Below, piece after piece: positions 48,720 through 57,926 of a stretch of DNA of 64,000 nt. The stretch comes from Candidatus Latescibacterota bacterium. GTDB lineage: Bacteria > Latescibacterota > UBA2968 > UBA8231. The stretch lies in contig OZ242214.1 in the NCBI GenBank assembly GCA_965206595.1, positions 3,072,001-3,136,000 on the forward strand, given 5' to 3'. The notes under the pieces were generated by a model that saw only the letters and a program-made list of their open reading frames with translations, made no database searches and was not told the origin of the DNA. Position 1 is the first letter of the stretch. Every line of letters starts with the position of its first letter. The translations under genes and the position numbers were made by a program.

Positions 48720-49859
48720 TTAGTTCCCCGCCTCGCGGGACAGCACCTTCGCCGCCTCGACCAGGGCCTCGATCTCTTCCTCGCTGGTGTAGAAGGCGAT
48801 GGAAATGCGAACCCCGGTCGGATCGGTCATGTAGGTGCCTCGCTGCACGATCTGCCAGCGGGACTTCAGCGCCTTGTCGAGGTCGCCGCCGTCCATCCCT
48901 TCGATGCCGAAGGTGACGATGCCGGTCTGCGAGTCGGGGCGCCGGGAGCTGACCACGATGGCGCCGGGCACCTCGTCGAGCTGCGCCTTGAGCATGTCGG
49001 TCTTGCGCACGCACTCCCGCCGCACCGCCTCGACGCCGCCGATGTTCTCGATGAAGTCGATGGCCGCTCCCACCCCGGCGTAGAGGGCGTGGGCGGGGTT
49101 GCTCAACCTGTACTGGCCGGCTCCCCCGTCTGGATTGTGGGGATGCACGAGGGGCTTCAGCTTCTGCTGCGCTTCCCTGCTCACGTACAGGAAACCGGTC
49201 CCCATCGGGCCGAGCAGCCACTTGTAGCAGTTGGAGGCGTAGAAGTCGCAGCCCATCTCGTTGAGATGCACCGGGACCTGGGCGACCGCGTGGCAGCCGT
49301 CCCACAGCGTCAGGATGTCGCGCTCGCGCGCCAGCCTGCAGATCTCCCCGGCCGGCACCACCAGGCCGGTGTCGGTGGTGACGTGGCTCATGCAGATCAT
49401 CCGGGTGCGCGGCGTCAGGGCTTCCCCGGTGCGCGCCAGCATCACCGCGGGGTCGTGGTCGATCTCGACGACCTTGAGAACCACCCCCTGCCGCTGCTCG
49501 AGGCCGAGCACGGCCTGGTGCGGCATGGGGTGCTCCTCGCTGGTGATCACCACCTCGTCCCCCGGCTCCCAGGACAGACCGGCGATCGCCGCGGCGTACC
49601 CGTCCGCGGTGCTGACGGTCAGGGCGATTTCGTCGTCCTCCGCCCCGAAGAAGGCCGCCAGCTTCCCCCGCGCCACCTCGGCCGACTGGCACATCTGGGA
49701 ATGCCACTCGATCGGCGGCACGTGCTCTTCGTAGAGCCTGTTGAAACCGCCCTCGATCGCCTCGCGCACTTCGTTGGAGGGCAGGCCGACCCCCCCGGTG
49801 TTGAGCTGGACGCCGTTCCGGAGTCCGGGATAGTGGGTGCGGATCTCTTCGAGGTTCAC
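48720..49859 (-). CDS. Class V aminotransferase (cysteine desulfurase/isopenicillin N epimerase-like)
   Basis: SHVTTDTG, WDGCHAVAQ, NCYKWLLGPMGTG, RISIAFY. Confidence 0.88.
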   Translation of the reverse strand: MNLEEIRTHYPGLRNGVQLNTGGVGLPSNEVREAIEGGFNRLYEEHVPPIEWHSQMCQSAEVARGKLAAFFGAEDDEIALTVSTADGYAAAIAGLSWEPGDEVVITSEEHPMPHQAVLGLEQRQGVVLKVVEIDHDPAVMLARTGEALTPRTRMICMSHVTTDTGLVVPAGEICRLARERDILTLWDGCHAVAQVPVHLNEMGCDFYASNCYKWLLGPMGTGFLYVSREAQQKLKPLVHPHNPDGGAGQYRLSNPAHALYAGVGAAIDFIENIGGVEAVRRECVRKTDMLKAQLDEVPGAIVVSSRRPDSQTGIVTFGIEGMDGGDLDKALKSRWQIVQRGTYMTDPTGVRISIAFYTSEEEIEALVEAAKVLSREAGN

Positions 49860-49887
49860 TGGCAGCGTCCTCCTTTTCGATTCATTG

Positions 49888-50372
49888 TCATTCTCCCATT
49901 TCGTCGAGCAGCCGCTGCACCACTTTCTTGCGGTGCCGGAACGAGGCCGGCTGCTTGAGCTCGTAAAGTTCGGGTGAGATGCGGTCGCGGTACTCCTCCA
50001 GGGGACCGCCCCCCGGCGACCAGGAGGCGTACGACGTCGTGTAGCGCACGAAGGCGGTGGTGCGCGGGCTCTCCTCCGTCCACCTGCGGGCGCCGTGGCA
50101 GAGCGCCTCGGTGAACAGCACCACATCCCCGGCCCGCACCGCCGGGTTGGCGACCAGGGGCGGCCCGTCGCAGATGGTGACGCGGTCCGGTTTGGGAAAG
50201 TAGGCCTTGTGGCTTCCCGGAATGCAGACGAAGCCGGTGCCGGCCGGCACGTCGACCAGGGAGACGCCGGCGTTGAGGAAGGTGGCGAAGACCTTGCCGT
50301 CCGCCGCCTGGTAGTCGTTGGCCGGGTGGTGGATGCCGCCGCTGACGCCGCCGTGGAAAGGCAGGTTGAATC
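49888..50372 (-). pseudogene. 5'-truncated PhyH-family dioxygenase
   Basis: LPFHGG, GFVCIPGSHK, GDVVLFTEALCHG, R...F.RY; no N-terminal half. Confidence 0.7.
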
Positions 50373-50374
50373 GG

Positions 50375-50605
50375 ATGGAGGAAGATGTCGAGGGTGTCCG
50401 CCCCAGGGTCTTGACCGACATGGCCGAACGTCTGCGGCCCTTTCTGCCTTTCCGCCACCTGTTCCGCAACATCTACGGCGGACAGCTGCGCTGGGAGCGC
50501 AGTAGCGAGCTGCTTCAGGAGGCGGATGAAGTGTGGCCGCTATTCAAGCAGCAGACAGAGGAGTTCAAGGGCGTGATGGCGCGGCCTCACGACGGCTGCC
50601 GGTAA
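50375..50605 (+). pseudogene. C-terminal fragment of a HEPN (HepT-like) RNase
   Basis: GVRPRVL...FRHLFRNIYG..L.WER; the 5' part is missing and it abuts the PhyH fragment back-to-back. Confidence 0.6.
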
Positions 50606-51086
50606 AGGAGTCCCTCCTCATCCGGCGGGGCGGTTCACTCACCCCGGCAAAAACGCAGTAGGCGCCCCAGGCGCTGTCGACGAAGAGATCGAGGCTGCGG
50701 TACCCGGTGCCGCCGAAGTGCACGAGCAGGCGCCGGCTGCGGTCCGCATGCACGAAGGGCTCGTGCGGCCAGACGATCGGGCGGTGCCGCTGCGCATCCG
50801 GGTGCTGCTCGCCGAAGCAGACCGCCTCTTCCGCGGTCGGCCGCCGCAGCCCGCGCCTGTGGAGCTCGGCGACCGCTTCTGCGGAGGTGGCGATCCGCCC
50901 GAGGTCGACGAGCTCGACAGTGACCTCCGCCTGCGGCCGCGGCACCAGCGGAAAGTTCTCCTGGTTGATGAAGGAGTGCACCCCGTCGTAGCCGCCAGCG
51001 CTCACGATCTCGTCCATGGTGCGGCCGCCGCCGATCCTCACCGGAAACCGCCTGCCCCCCGTCCTGCGGGGACTTTCTGCAGTCAT
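50565..51086 (-). CDS. Hypothetical protein (possible CLec/FGE-like small fold)
   Basis: ATGA overlap with the upstream gene; YD.V...I..ENFP, GLRRPTAEE...FGEQHPD.QR..PIV. Confidence 0.6.
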   Translation of the reverse strand: MTAESPRRTGGRRFPVRIGGGRTMDEIVSAGGYDGVHSFINQENFPLVPRPQAEVTVELVDLGRIATSAEAVAELHRRGLRRPTAEEAVCFGEQHPDAQRHRPIVWPHEPFVHADRSRRLLVHFGGTGYRSLDLFVDSAWGAYCVFAGVSEPPRRMRRDSFTGSRREAAPSRP

Positions 51087-52150
51087 TTCACCATTACCTC
51101 GTAGACCTTGACGCGCCTGGCCTTTCCCTCGGGGCCCTCGACGTTCAGGGTCACCACGAACGCCCCGGCTTCGCCGTACTGGTGGATCGGGTGCTGCTCG
51201 TTCGAGGTCGTGTCGTCGCCGAAATCCCACGACCAGGAGGTGATTTCGCCGCGGGAGCGGTCGGTGAAGGCGACCATGCGGCGGTCCATGTCGACGACGC
51301 TGTAGCCGTACTCCGCCTCGAGCGGTTTGAGGTACTCCGGCTCCAGGGGCATCAGCCGGAAGGCGCACAGGTTCGAGGCGTTGTTGTCCATGCGGGTCTC
51401 GTGGGACAGGTTCCAGAACCCCTCGTACTCCGTGTTGTCCTCGTCGTAGTCGAGGATCGACCAGGAGAGCGCGATCAGGCCGTTCTCCACCAGCTGCGAG
51501 ACGCTGGCCCGCTCCGGTCCGTCGAAGGGGGCGTAGTCGAACGGGGTGATCCAGCACTCGAGCACGAGGTTGCCGCTCTCCCCCTCCTTGAAGTCGTAGG
51601 AATAGGCGTGGTTGGCGTACGGGAGCTTGCCGATCCAGGGCTGGCAGCCCCAGACGAAGACCCAGTCCCGCCCCTCCCCGGGGGGCGTGAAGATGTGGTA
51701 GTTCTGGGCGTGCACCCCCTTGAACAGAAAGTGGCTCTCCCAGGGGTCCTCGATCTGCGGGTTTGTGATGTTCGGCCCTCCCGAGCGGTCGGCGTCGACG
51801 GCGATCTCGAAGAGGTCGCCGCGGGCGTAGTACATGTTCCAGAAATCGTCGTACGCCTCGTACAGGAAGTAGAGGCGGTTGAGGCCCTTGACCCAGCCGA
51901 CGCGCACCCTGACATCGAGGTCATCCGGGTCGTGGTCAGTCCCCTTCCCCATCACCGTGTCGGACACCTGGTCGGTGCCATAGACGTACTCCTCGGGGAC
52001 CATCTCCCAGTCGTCGATGCGGCCGTCGACGCGGGGGATCATGTCCGCGGGGAACTGGAAGATCTTGAACTCGGTGCCGGTGCGCTGCAGCGCCTCGGAA
52101 GCGGTCGCGCCGACCAGTAGGGCCGCCAGCATGCAGAGTACTTGCTTCAT
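51083..52150 (-). CDS. Secreted protein with CBM9/DOMON-like domain and C-terminal PKD domain
   Basis: Signal peptide; PRVDGRIDDW; FTDRS.G.ITSWSWDFGD....EQHP.H.Y...G.F.VTL.V. Confidence 0.85.
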   Translation of the reverse strand: MKQVLCMLAALLVGATASEALQRTGTEFKIFQFPADMIPRVDGRIDDWEMVPEEYVYGTDQVSDTVMGKGTDHDPDDLDVRVRVGWVKGLNRLYFLYEAYDDFWNMYYARGDLFEIAVDADRSGGPNITNPQIEDPWESHFLFKGVHAQNYHIFTPPGEGRDWVFVWGCQPWIGKLPYANHAYSYDFKEGESGNLVLECWITPFDYAPFDGPERASVSQLVENGLIALSWSILDYDEDNTEYEGFWNLSHETRMDNNASNLCAFRLMPLEPEYLKPLEAEYGYSVVDMDRRMVAFTDRSRGEITSWSWDFGDDTTSNEQHPIHQYGEAGAFVVTLNVEGPEGKARRVKVYEVMVK

Positions 52151-52311
52151 CGATTCTGTTCCTTTCAGGTCCTTGTGGGATGACTCGCGGGGATTTCAAT
52201 CTGGTTCCAGGCTGTCTATTTAATCGATCCGGAGGCGTACAAGATAACAAACGGCAGCTGCCTTATTCGTCGCAGATGCCGCCGCCCAAATGCAAATGCT
52301 GACACCACACC

Positions 52312-52939
52312 TCAGGCAGGTGTGCCCGCGGACCGGACTTCGCAACGAAGGGTGCGAACCCTTGCCGCCAGTTCGCGGATGCGCGCCTGCAGATCGCCGA
52401 TCATGCCCGACAGGTCGAGCGCGGCGACTTCGAGTCGTTTCCCGGCGTGGCGAACCCGGTGCACTACATCTTCCGCTTCGCCCCCGGCATAAACAAGCAG
52501 GCCTCCAGGCAGATCCAACGCGGTGGCGTAAGCGAGGAGCTGGTACAGGTCGGCGTTGGGAACGCGCTCATCATGGACCCGCTTGTACTTGGCGTCACCG
52601 ACGAATCTGCAGGTGCGCCGCGGAGACGAGGGCGGGAGCCAGCGCCTCGACCAGGGTGGGCGCATCCTCGAAGTCGAAACGGTCCTCCCGCAAACGGATC
52701 CCGTCCATTGCGAAAGAAGCCAGGTAGAGCACGCGCGCGATCGGCAGCTTGGGACGGATTGCGACCGAGAGATCCCCGATTTCGAGCGCACCTATGGTGG
52801 AACCGGGCGTCAGGTGGTACTCGTTCTTCGTCCCGGCTGCCGGCTCGACGGCGACGATGTCGAGGAGCGCGTCTCGTTGGGAAGCTGAGAGCTGTACCGC
52901 TTCGCTTTTCTCGTGCTCCTTCAGGTCAAGCTTCGTCAT
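52312..52939 (-). pseudogene. mcrC: McrC restriction subunit with an internal deletion and frameshift at ~52615
   Basis: The N-part (GSTIG.LEIGDLSV.IRPKLPIARV) jumps out of frame to the C-part (VGDAKYK...ADLYQLLAYA....GLLVY). Only ~630 nt remain. Confidence 0.8.
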
Positions 52940-54524
52940 TGTCCGGGGCCGCGCCCTCTGGCGGTTCCTCATCGTCCTGCTCCGTGGCGCTCTCCCGTCC
53001 GAGCCTATCGAGATCGAACTCTTCGAGGCGATCGCGTTCCCCGTAGAGGCGCTCTTCGATGTAAGGAAGGACATTGTGCTCCCAGATCATGCCGGCCTTG
53101 TCGTCGTCGAGCCCGCGCTTCATGAAGTAGCTCGGGCCGATGGATGCCTGCCGGTCGTCCAGCTTCTCGTTCGCCAGTTCGACCGCGTCCACCACCCAAA
53201 GCATTTGAGGCGCATGCTTCTCCAGCCAACGCCTGAGCAGGCCCTGTACTGGCGGCTTGTCAGGATGGAACTCCACGAAATGGAAGCGGCGGCGCAGGGC
53301 GAGATCGACGAGGGCGATGGAGCGGTCGGCGGTGTTCATCGTACCGATGATGTAGAGGTTTTCGGGCAGGGCGAAGGACTCGTTGGAATATTGCAGGCGT
53401 ATCGGCTCAGCCCGGTACTCCAGCAGGAAGTAGAGCTCGCCGAACACCTTGGCGAGGTTGCCCCGGTTGATCTCGTCGATGACGAGGAAGTGGTTGGAAT
53501 TTCGATCGGACCGGGCCGCTTTGGCCGCCTGGAGCAGAGGTCCGTTTCGCAGTTCGAAGCCGGGGTGTCCGTCGACAAGCCCGGGCCGGAAGCCCTGGAC
53601 AAAGTCCTCGTACGCGTAGGACGGATGGAACTGCACCAGCGTAACGCGCTCCTCCGCCCCGGCGAGGCAGTTCGCCAGCTTCTTCGCGGCGTAAGTCTTG
53701 CCGGTGCCCGGCGGTCCCTGAAAGATGACCTGCCGTTTGTCGTCGAGCAGTTTCTCGATCTTTCGAAGCTCTGCGACGTCGAACAACAATTCCGTAGCCA
53801 GCGCTTCTAGGTCGGGCGCTGATTCTGTGGAATCGATTGGTACCTCTGCCTCCCCATCCCCTGTCTCGGCGCCATCGTCATCCAGTGTATCCGGTTGACT
53901 GTCGTTTCTGATTACCCAAACCACCGACTGCGCTTCGAGAGGGGTGCCGGGTCTTTCAAGGCCCTTCTCACGCGCTTTCTCAACTACAAGTTCGAGGAAG
54001 CTCAAGGCATGCTCGTACCGTTCCGCTTCATCTGCACCCTGTGGATGCCCGGGATACCCGGTGCGTTTGTACGCATTTGAGAACACCCTCTCCCTGTATG
54101 GCGGATATTGGTCTGGGTCCATCGCCATAAGCAGAACGGAGATAAAGTTCAAGCGGGTCCCCGTTCCACTGAGTACCTCATCTGGAAACTGGATTGAGAA
54201 GGAGCGGATGCGCGCACCAAAACCTTTCTCCCCCACGGACCACATGGCATGAAGCGCTGCCGCTGCTTCCTCCGTGTGCCCATCGAGCCAGCGGCGGACG
54301 CTTTGGCCAGGTCGCCAGTTGATCAGGTTGTTCCGATTTGGACTGATCGCAGCCTTAAGTTGCTTGAGCCAACTGCCGTCTCCCACAAGCAGGGCGTCCC
54401 GCGTCGAGGCCAGGTTTTTTCCTATCTCACGCTTGTAAACTATCTCCTCTTTATCCAGCCGACCGCTATCGACATACTGCCGCACATCCTCGATGAAACC
54501 ATCCCACTTGCTGCCTTCGGTCAT
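52926..54524 (-). CDS. mcrB: McrB family AAA+ GTPase
   Basis: QGPPGTGKT, VQFHPSYAYEDFV, IDEINRGN, GTMNTADRS, LRRRF. Confidence 0.93.
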   Translation of the reverse strand: MTEGSKWDGFIEDVRQYVDSGRLDKEEIVYKREIGKNLASTRDALLVGDGSWLKQLKAAISPNRNNLINWRPGQSVRRWLDGHTEEAAAALHAMWSVGEKGFGARIRSFSIQFPDEVLSGTGTRLNFISVLLMAMDPDQYPPYRERVFSNAYKRTGYPGHPQGADEAERYEHALSFLELVVEKAREKGLERPGTPLEAQSVVWVIRNDSQPDTLDDDGAETGDGEAEVPIDSTESAPDLEALATELLFDVAELRKIEKLLDDKRQVIFQGPPGTGKTYAAKKLANCLAGAEERVTLVQFHPSYAYEDFVQGFRPGLVDGHPGFELRNGPLLQAAKAARSDRNSNHFLVIDEINRGNLAKVFGELYFLLEYRAEPIRLQYSNESFALPENLYIIGTMNTADRSIALVDLALRRRFHFVEFHPDKPPVQGLLRRWLEKHAPQMLWVVDAVELANEKLDDRQASIGPSYFMKRGLDDDKAGMIWEHNVLPYIEERLYGERDRLEEFDLDRLGRESATEQDDEEPPEGAAPDNDEA

Positions 54525-54730
54525 GATTCCCTCCTCAAGCCGGACTGCACTCGCCGCCCAAGGGCCAGCCGGCCAAATTGGTTGTTTACAGATCCAGCAC
54601 GTTCCGCTCCCATGAGCAACAAGCACGAATCCTGACCAGGGAACCAGTCACCCTTCCAGTGTCGGCGGACATCAAGGCCTCCATCCCTGGGCGCGGGCCA
54701 GTTCCGGGTTCGCCGTTTTCCCCGAACACC

Positions 54731-56134
54731 CTACATGACCGGCATGTCGGGCGGCCGCCAGGAGCTGGTGCGCGGGTTCCAGCGGCTGCCGCAGGTCTCG
54801 CTGATCACCGTCCACTCGCCCGGGGTCAGGTGGCCCATGTGGTGGAAGAGGAAGCGCTGCAGGCCCCCCTCCCGCGCCGCCTCCAACAGCTGCCGGAGAT
54901 CCCCCGCAGTCATCGGGTCGCCGTCGTGGGGATGGCGCCCGGTCTCCACCCAGGGGACGATCCTGCGCGCATCCTCCACCGCGGCAATCGCCCGCTCGGT
55001 CTCGCCGGTGACGATCTCCCGGTAGAACTCCGGGCTGAGGGCGTTCTCGAAGTCCCCGACATCCCGCACCCCCGGAAGCACGATGCCGAACAGCGCCTGC
55101 ACGACCTTCAGGGCGTCGCCTGTTTCCAGCCCCGGGTTCCACTCGCACAGGGTCTCGACGTAGCGGTAGACGGTGCCGGCGAAGCCATCGAAGCCGCGGT
55201 GCCAGAAGTAGAACTTGGGCAGCAGGAAGTCCATGAACCCGGCCAAGCGGGCAGCATCGTACCCGCACAGCGGGGCGAAGGCGGGTGAGCGCGGCCCGAC
55301 GCCGACCTCGACGGGCCGGCCGAGCTCGGAGGCGAGCCCCTCGCGCATGAAGCGGAAGAAGGCGGTCAGCGAGTCGACCCGGAAGTTCATCCAGGCCATC
55401 AGGTCGGGATCGGCGCCGAGCAGGTGGTACCCGCCGAGCAGGCCGCCGGCTCCGTGCAGGCGGACCCGTTTCGGGTCGAGGTCGTGCAGTTGCTCGTAAA
55501 GGCGGTCCCTGGCTCCCGTGAGGGCGGCGTAGTCGTACCCGAGACGGGAGCACAGCGGGGCGGTGCTCAGCGGCAGGTCGTCGAAGATGAAGGAGCGCCG
55601 GTTCATATGGTGCGGGGCGATCTCGTACCCCCACTCCGGACCGTCCATGATGGCCCCGTCCGCGGCCGGAAACTGCTCGAGCGTATCCACCGCCCGGGCC
55701 AGGCGCGCCCGCATGCTCTTCTCGTCCTCGAAGTGGTGGCCATCCCCTCCCGGACCGGCGCCGCTGTCAGCGTAGATGATGTAAACGGACAGCCCCCGGT
55801 CCCTGGCCGCATTCAGCGTCCTGTCGAGCAGAGCCCGCTGTTCCGGCAGGGCATGCTCCGGAGGCGGAGGAGGCTCGACGCCGAAACGCTCGTACACCTT
55901 GGGATCGGGATCGAACACCGCGACCGGGGCCCCCTCTTCCGTGGAGGGTGCCACGGCGACGCCGTCGGTGAGGTCGTCCTCGGGCAGCCCCCCCTTGCCG
56001 AGAGTGCGGACGCTGAAGGCCAGGGGGCCGACGGCGAGGGCCTCCACACCCCCCTCCGCCCAGGCGTCGAGGATGCGCTCGTGATCGTTCATCAGGAGCT
56101 CGAGGTCGCGCATAACCGCCATCCACAGTTTCAT
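54731..56134 (-). CDS. Conserved hypothetical protein (possibly TIM-barrel/glycoside-hydrolase-like)
   Basis: 467-aa ORF with RBS; IMDGPEWGYEI, PKFYFWHRGFDG, GRHPHDGDPM; paralog at 27-28 kb. Confidence 0.75.
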   Translation of the reverse strand: MKLWMAVMRDLELLMNDHERILDAWAEGGVEALAVGPLAFSVRTLGKGGLPEDDLTDGVAVAPSTEEGAPVAVFDPDPKVYERFGVEPPPPPEHALPEQRALLDRTLNAARDRGLSVYIIYADSGAGPGGDGHHFEDEKSMRARLARAVDTLEQFPAADGAIMDGPEWGYEIAPHHMNRRSFIFDDLPLSTAPLCSRLGYDYAALTGARDRLYEQLHDLDPKRVRLHGAGGLLGGYHLLGADPDLMAWMNFRVDSLTAFFRFMREGLASELGRPVEVGVGPRSPAFAPLCGYDAARLAGFMDFLLPKFYFWHRGFDGFAGTVYRYVETLCEWNPGLETGDALKVVQALFGIVLPGVRDVGDFENALSPEFYREIVTGETERAIAAVEDARRIVPWVETGRHPHDGDPMTAGDLRQLLEAAREGGLQRFLFHHMGHLTPGEWTVISETCGSRWNPRTSSWRPPDMPVM

Positions 56135-56255
56135 CGGCCGCCTCTCTTTCCAGGGGGGATTGCGTCGCTTTCCCGATCTTTCGGGGGCTCTATATTACCC
56201 GGCCTTCGCGGCCCCTTCCAGCGGCCGTTCCCCTCGCTCCGGGAGCCATCGACCC

Positions 56256-57032
56256 ATGCATATCGCCGTATTCGGCGCCGCCGGCTGGCTCGGCCGCGCC
56301 CTCCTCGGCAACCTGAAGGAGAAGCACACCGTCCGCGCCGTCGACCGCTCCCCGGATGCCTGGGGGGCCTGGGAGGACATCGACGGAACCTGGGAGGGAG
56401 AGGTCGTTCACGGGGAGATCACGGACTTCGCTTCCGTGGATGCCGCACTCGAGGGGATGGACGCCGCGGTCCACGCGACCGCCTTCTTCCCCGCGGACCG
56501 CCCTGCCGAGGAAGAGGCCGAGACCGCCTTCGCCGTCAACGTGCGCGGCCTGTGGAACTTCCTCGAAGCGGCCCGCCGCCGCGGCCTCAAGCGGGTCGTC
56601 CACGTCGGCTCCTGTCAGAGCCGGCACCCGGACGGCCGCTTCTTCACCGCGGAAATGCGCCGGCCCGACGCCTCCCTCTACGCCGTGACCAAGCGGCTGC
56701 AGGAGGAGATGTGCCGCCAGTACCACGAGGGCCACGGCCTCTCCATCGCCGTCATGCGCCCCGACTACATAGTCGACAGCCGCATCGGCAGGGGCCGCTT
56801 CCGCGAGCAGCTGGAAAAGTCCCACCTGGGAAGCAGCGGATGGGTCTGCCGGCACGATCTGGCGGATGCCTGCAGGCTCGCCCTCGAGTCGGAGAACATC
56901 CAATTCGACATCTTTCACACGGTGGGCGAACCCGAGGCGGACGCGACCTGCGACGTCGCCCGCTCCCGCGAGGTCCTGGGGCTGACGTACCGGGGGGATC
57001 TCGCCCAGTATCGGACCGAAGCGAACCCGTAA
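56256..57032 (+). CDS. NAD(P)-dependent epimerase/dehydrogenase (uronate dehydrogenase-like)
   Basis: VFGAAGWLG, YAVTK, WVCRHDLA. Confidence 0.85.
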   Translation: MHIAVFGAAGWLGRALLGNLKEKHTVRAVDRSPDAWGAWEDIDGTWEGEVVHGEITDFASVDAALEGMDAAVHATAFFPADRPAEEEAETAFAVNVRGLWNFLEAARRRGLKRVVHVGSCQSRHPDGRFFTAEMRRPDASLYAVTKRLQEEMCRQYHEGHGLSIAVMRPDYIVDSRIGRGRFREQLEKSHLGSSGWVCRHDLADACRLALESENIQFDIFHTVGEPEADATCDVARSREVLGLTYRGDLAQYRTEANP

Positions 57033-57049
57033 CCGAACGGAGACCCGAC

Positions 57050-57880
57050 ATGCCGCAGCGCGCCGACGCCCACATCCACCTGTTCGAGCACAGCCTGCAG
57101 GGCACCTTCCCAACCCGGCCGGGGGTGCAGATCGACGAGGCCGCCTGCTACGACTCGCTGGCCGGGGAGCACGACGTCGCCGCGGCCCTGATCGTCTGCT
57201 ACAGGGGGGACCGAAACGAGGGGAACAACGAATACGTCGCCGGACTGAAACCGAAGTACGACTGGATCCGGCCGGCGGCCCACGTCGACCCGGGGGACCC
57301 GCCGCCGCTCGAAACTCTCGCGAAATGGCAGGACCAGGGGTTCGTCGGCCTGGTGATGTACGTCGACCCGGGGAACGTCACCGGGTTGCAGACCTTCCCC
57401 GACGAGATCTGGGAATGGATGGTCGCGCGGAACTGGCTGCTCAGCGTCAACTCCAAGGGGGAGCCCTGGTCGGCCTGGCACGGCGTGCTCGAGCGCCACC
57501 CGCGGCTGCGCCTGGTGATGTCCCACCTCGGCCTGCCGGATCGGGTCGCCTCTCCCATCGGCCCGGAGCAGGCGCGGTCGGGGCTGAGCCTCCAGACCGG
57601 CCTGGCCCGCTATCCGGAAGTGCGCGTCAAGCTCAGCGGATTCTACGCCCTCACCGAACCGATGTACGACTACCCCCACGAGCTCGCCTGGCCCTACGTC
57701 GAGGTGCTGATCGAGGCGTTCGGCGTCGAGCGGCTGCTGTGGGCATCCGATTTCACCCCCCACCTCAACCACCAGACCTTCCCGCAGACCCTCGGGCTGT
57801 TGTGGAAGATGCCCTTCCTCGGCGACGGCGACCGCGACCGCATCGCCGGGGAGAACCTGCTCGAGCTGCTGGAAGGCTGA
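57050..57880 (+). CDS. Amidohydrolase_2 family protein (lactonase-like)
   Basis: DAHIHLF, SHLGLP, VKLSG, RLLWASDF. Confidence 0.88.
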   Translation: MPQRADAHIHLFEHSLQGTFPTRPGVQIDEAACYDSLAGEHDVAAALIVCYRGDRNEGNNEYVAGLKPKYDWIRPAAHVDPGDPPPLETLAKWQDQGFVGLVMYVDPGNVTGLQTFPDEIWEWMVARNWLLSVNSKGEPWSAWHGVLERHPRLRLVMSHLGLPDRVASPIGPEQARSGLSLQTGLARYPEVRVKLSGFYALTEPMYDYPHELAWPYVEVLIEAFGVERLLWASDFTPHLNHQTFPQTLGLLWKMPFLGDGDRDRIAGENLLELLEG

Positions 57881-57926
57881 AGCCCTCCCGCAGGCGCAAG
57901 GCAGAACCGATCAGGAAAGGAGCCCC

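Noticed and set aside
55424-57880. 818-aa amidohydrolase
   Set aside because: Only the part from ATG 57050 is real; the rest overlaps two other genes.
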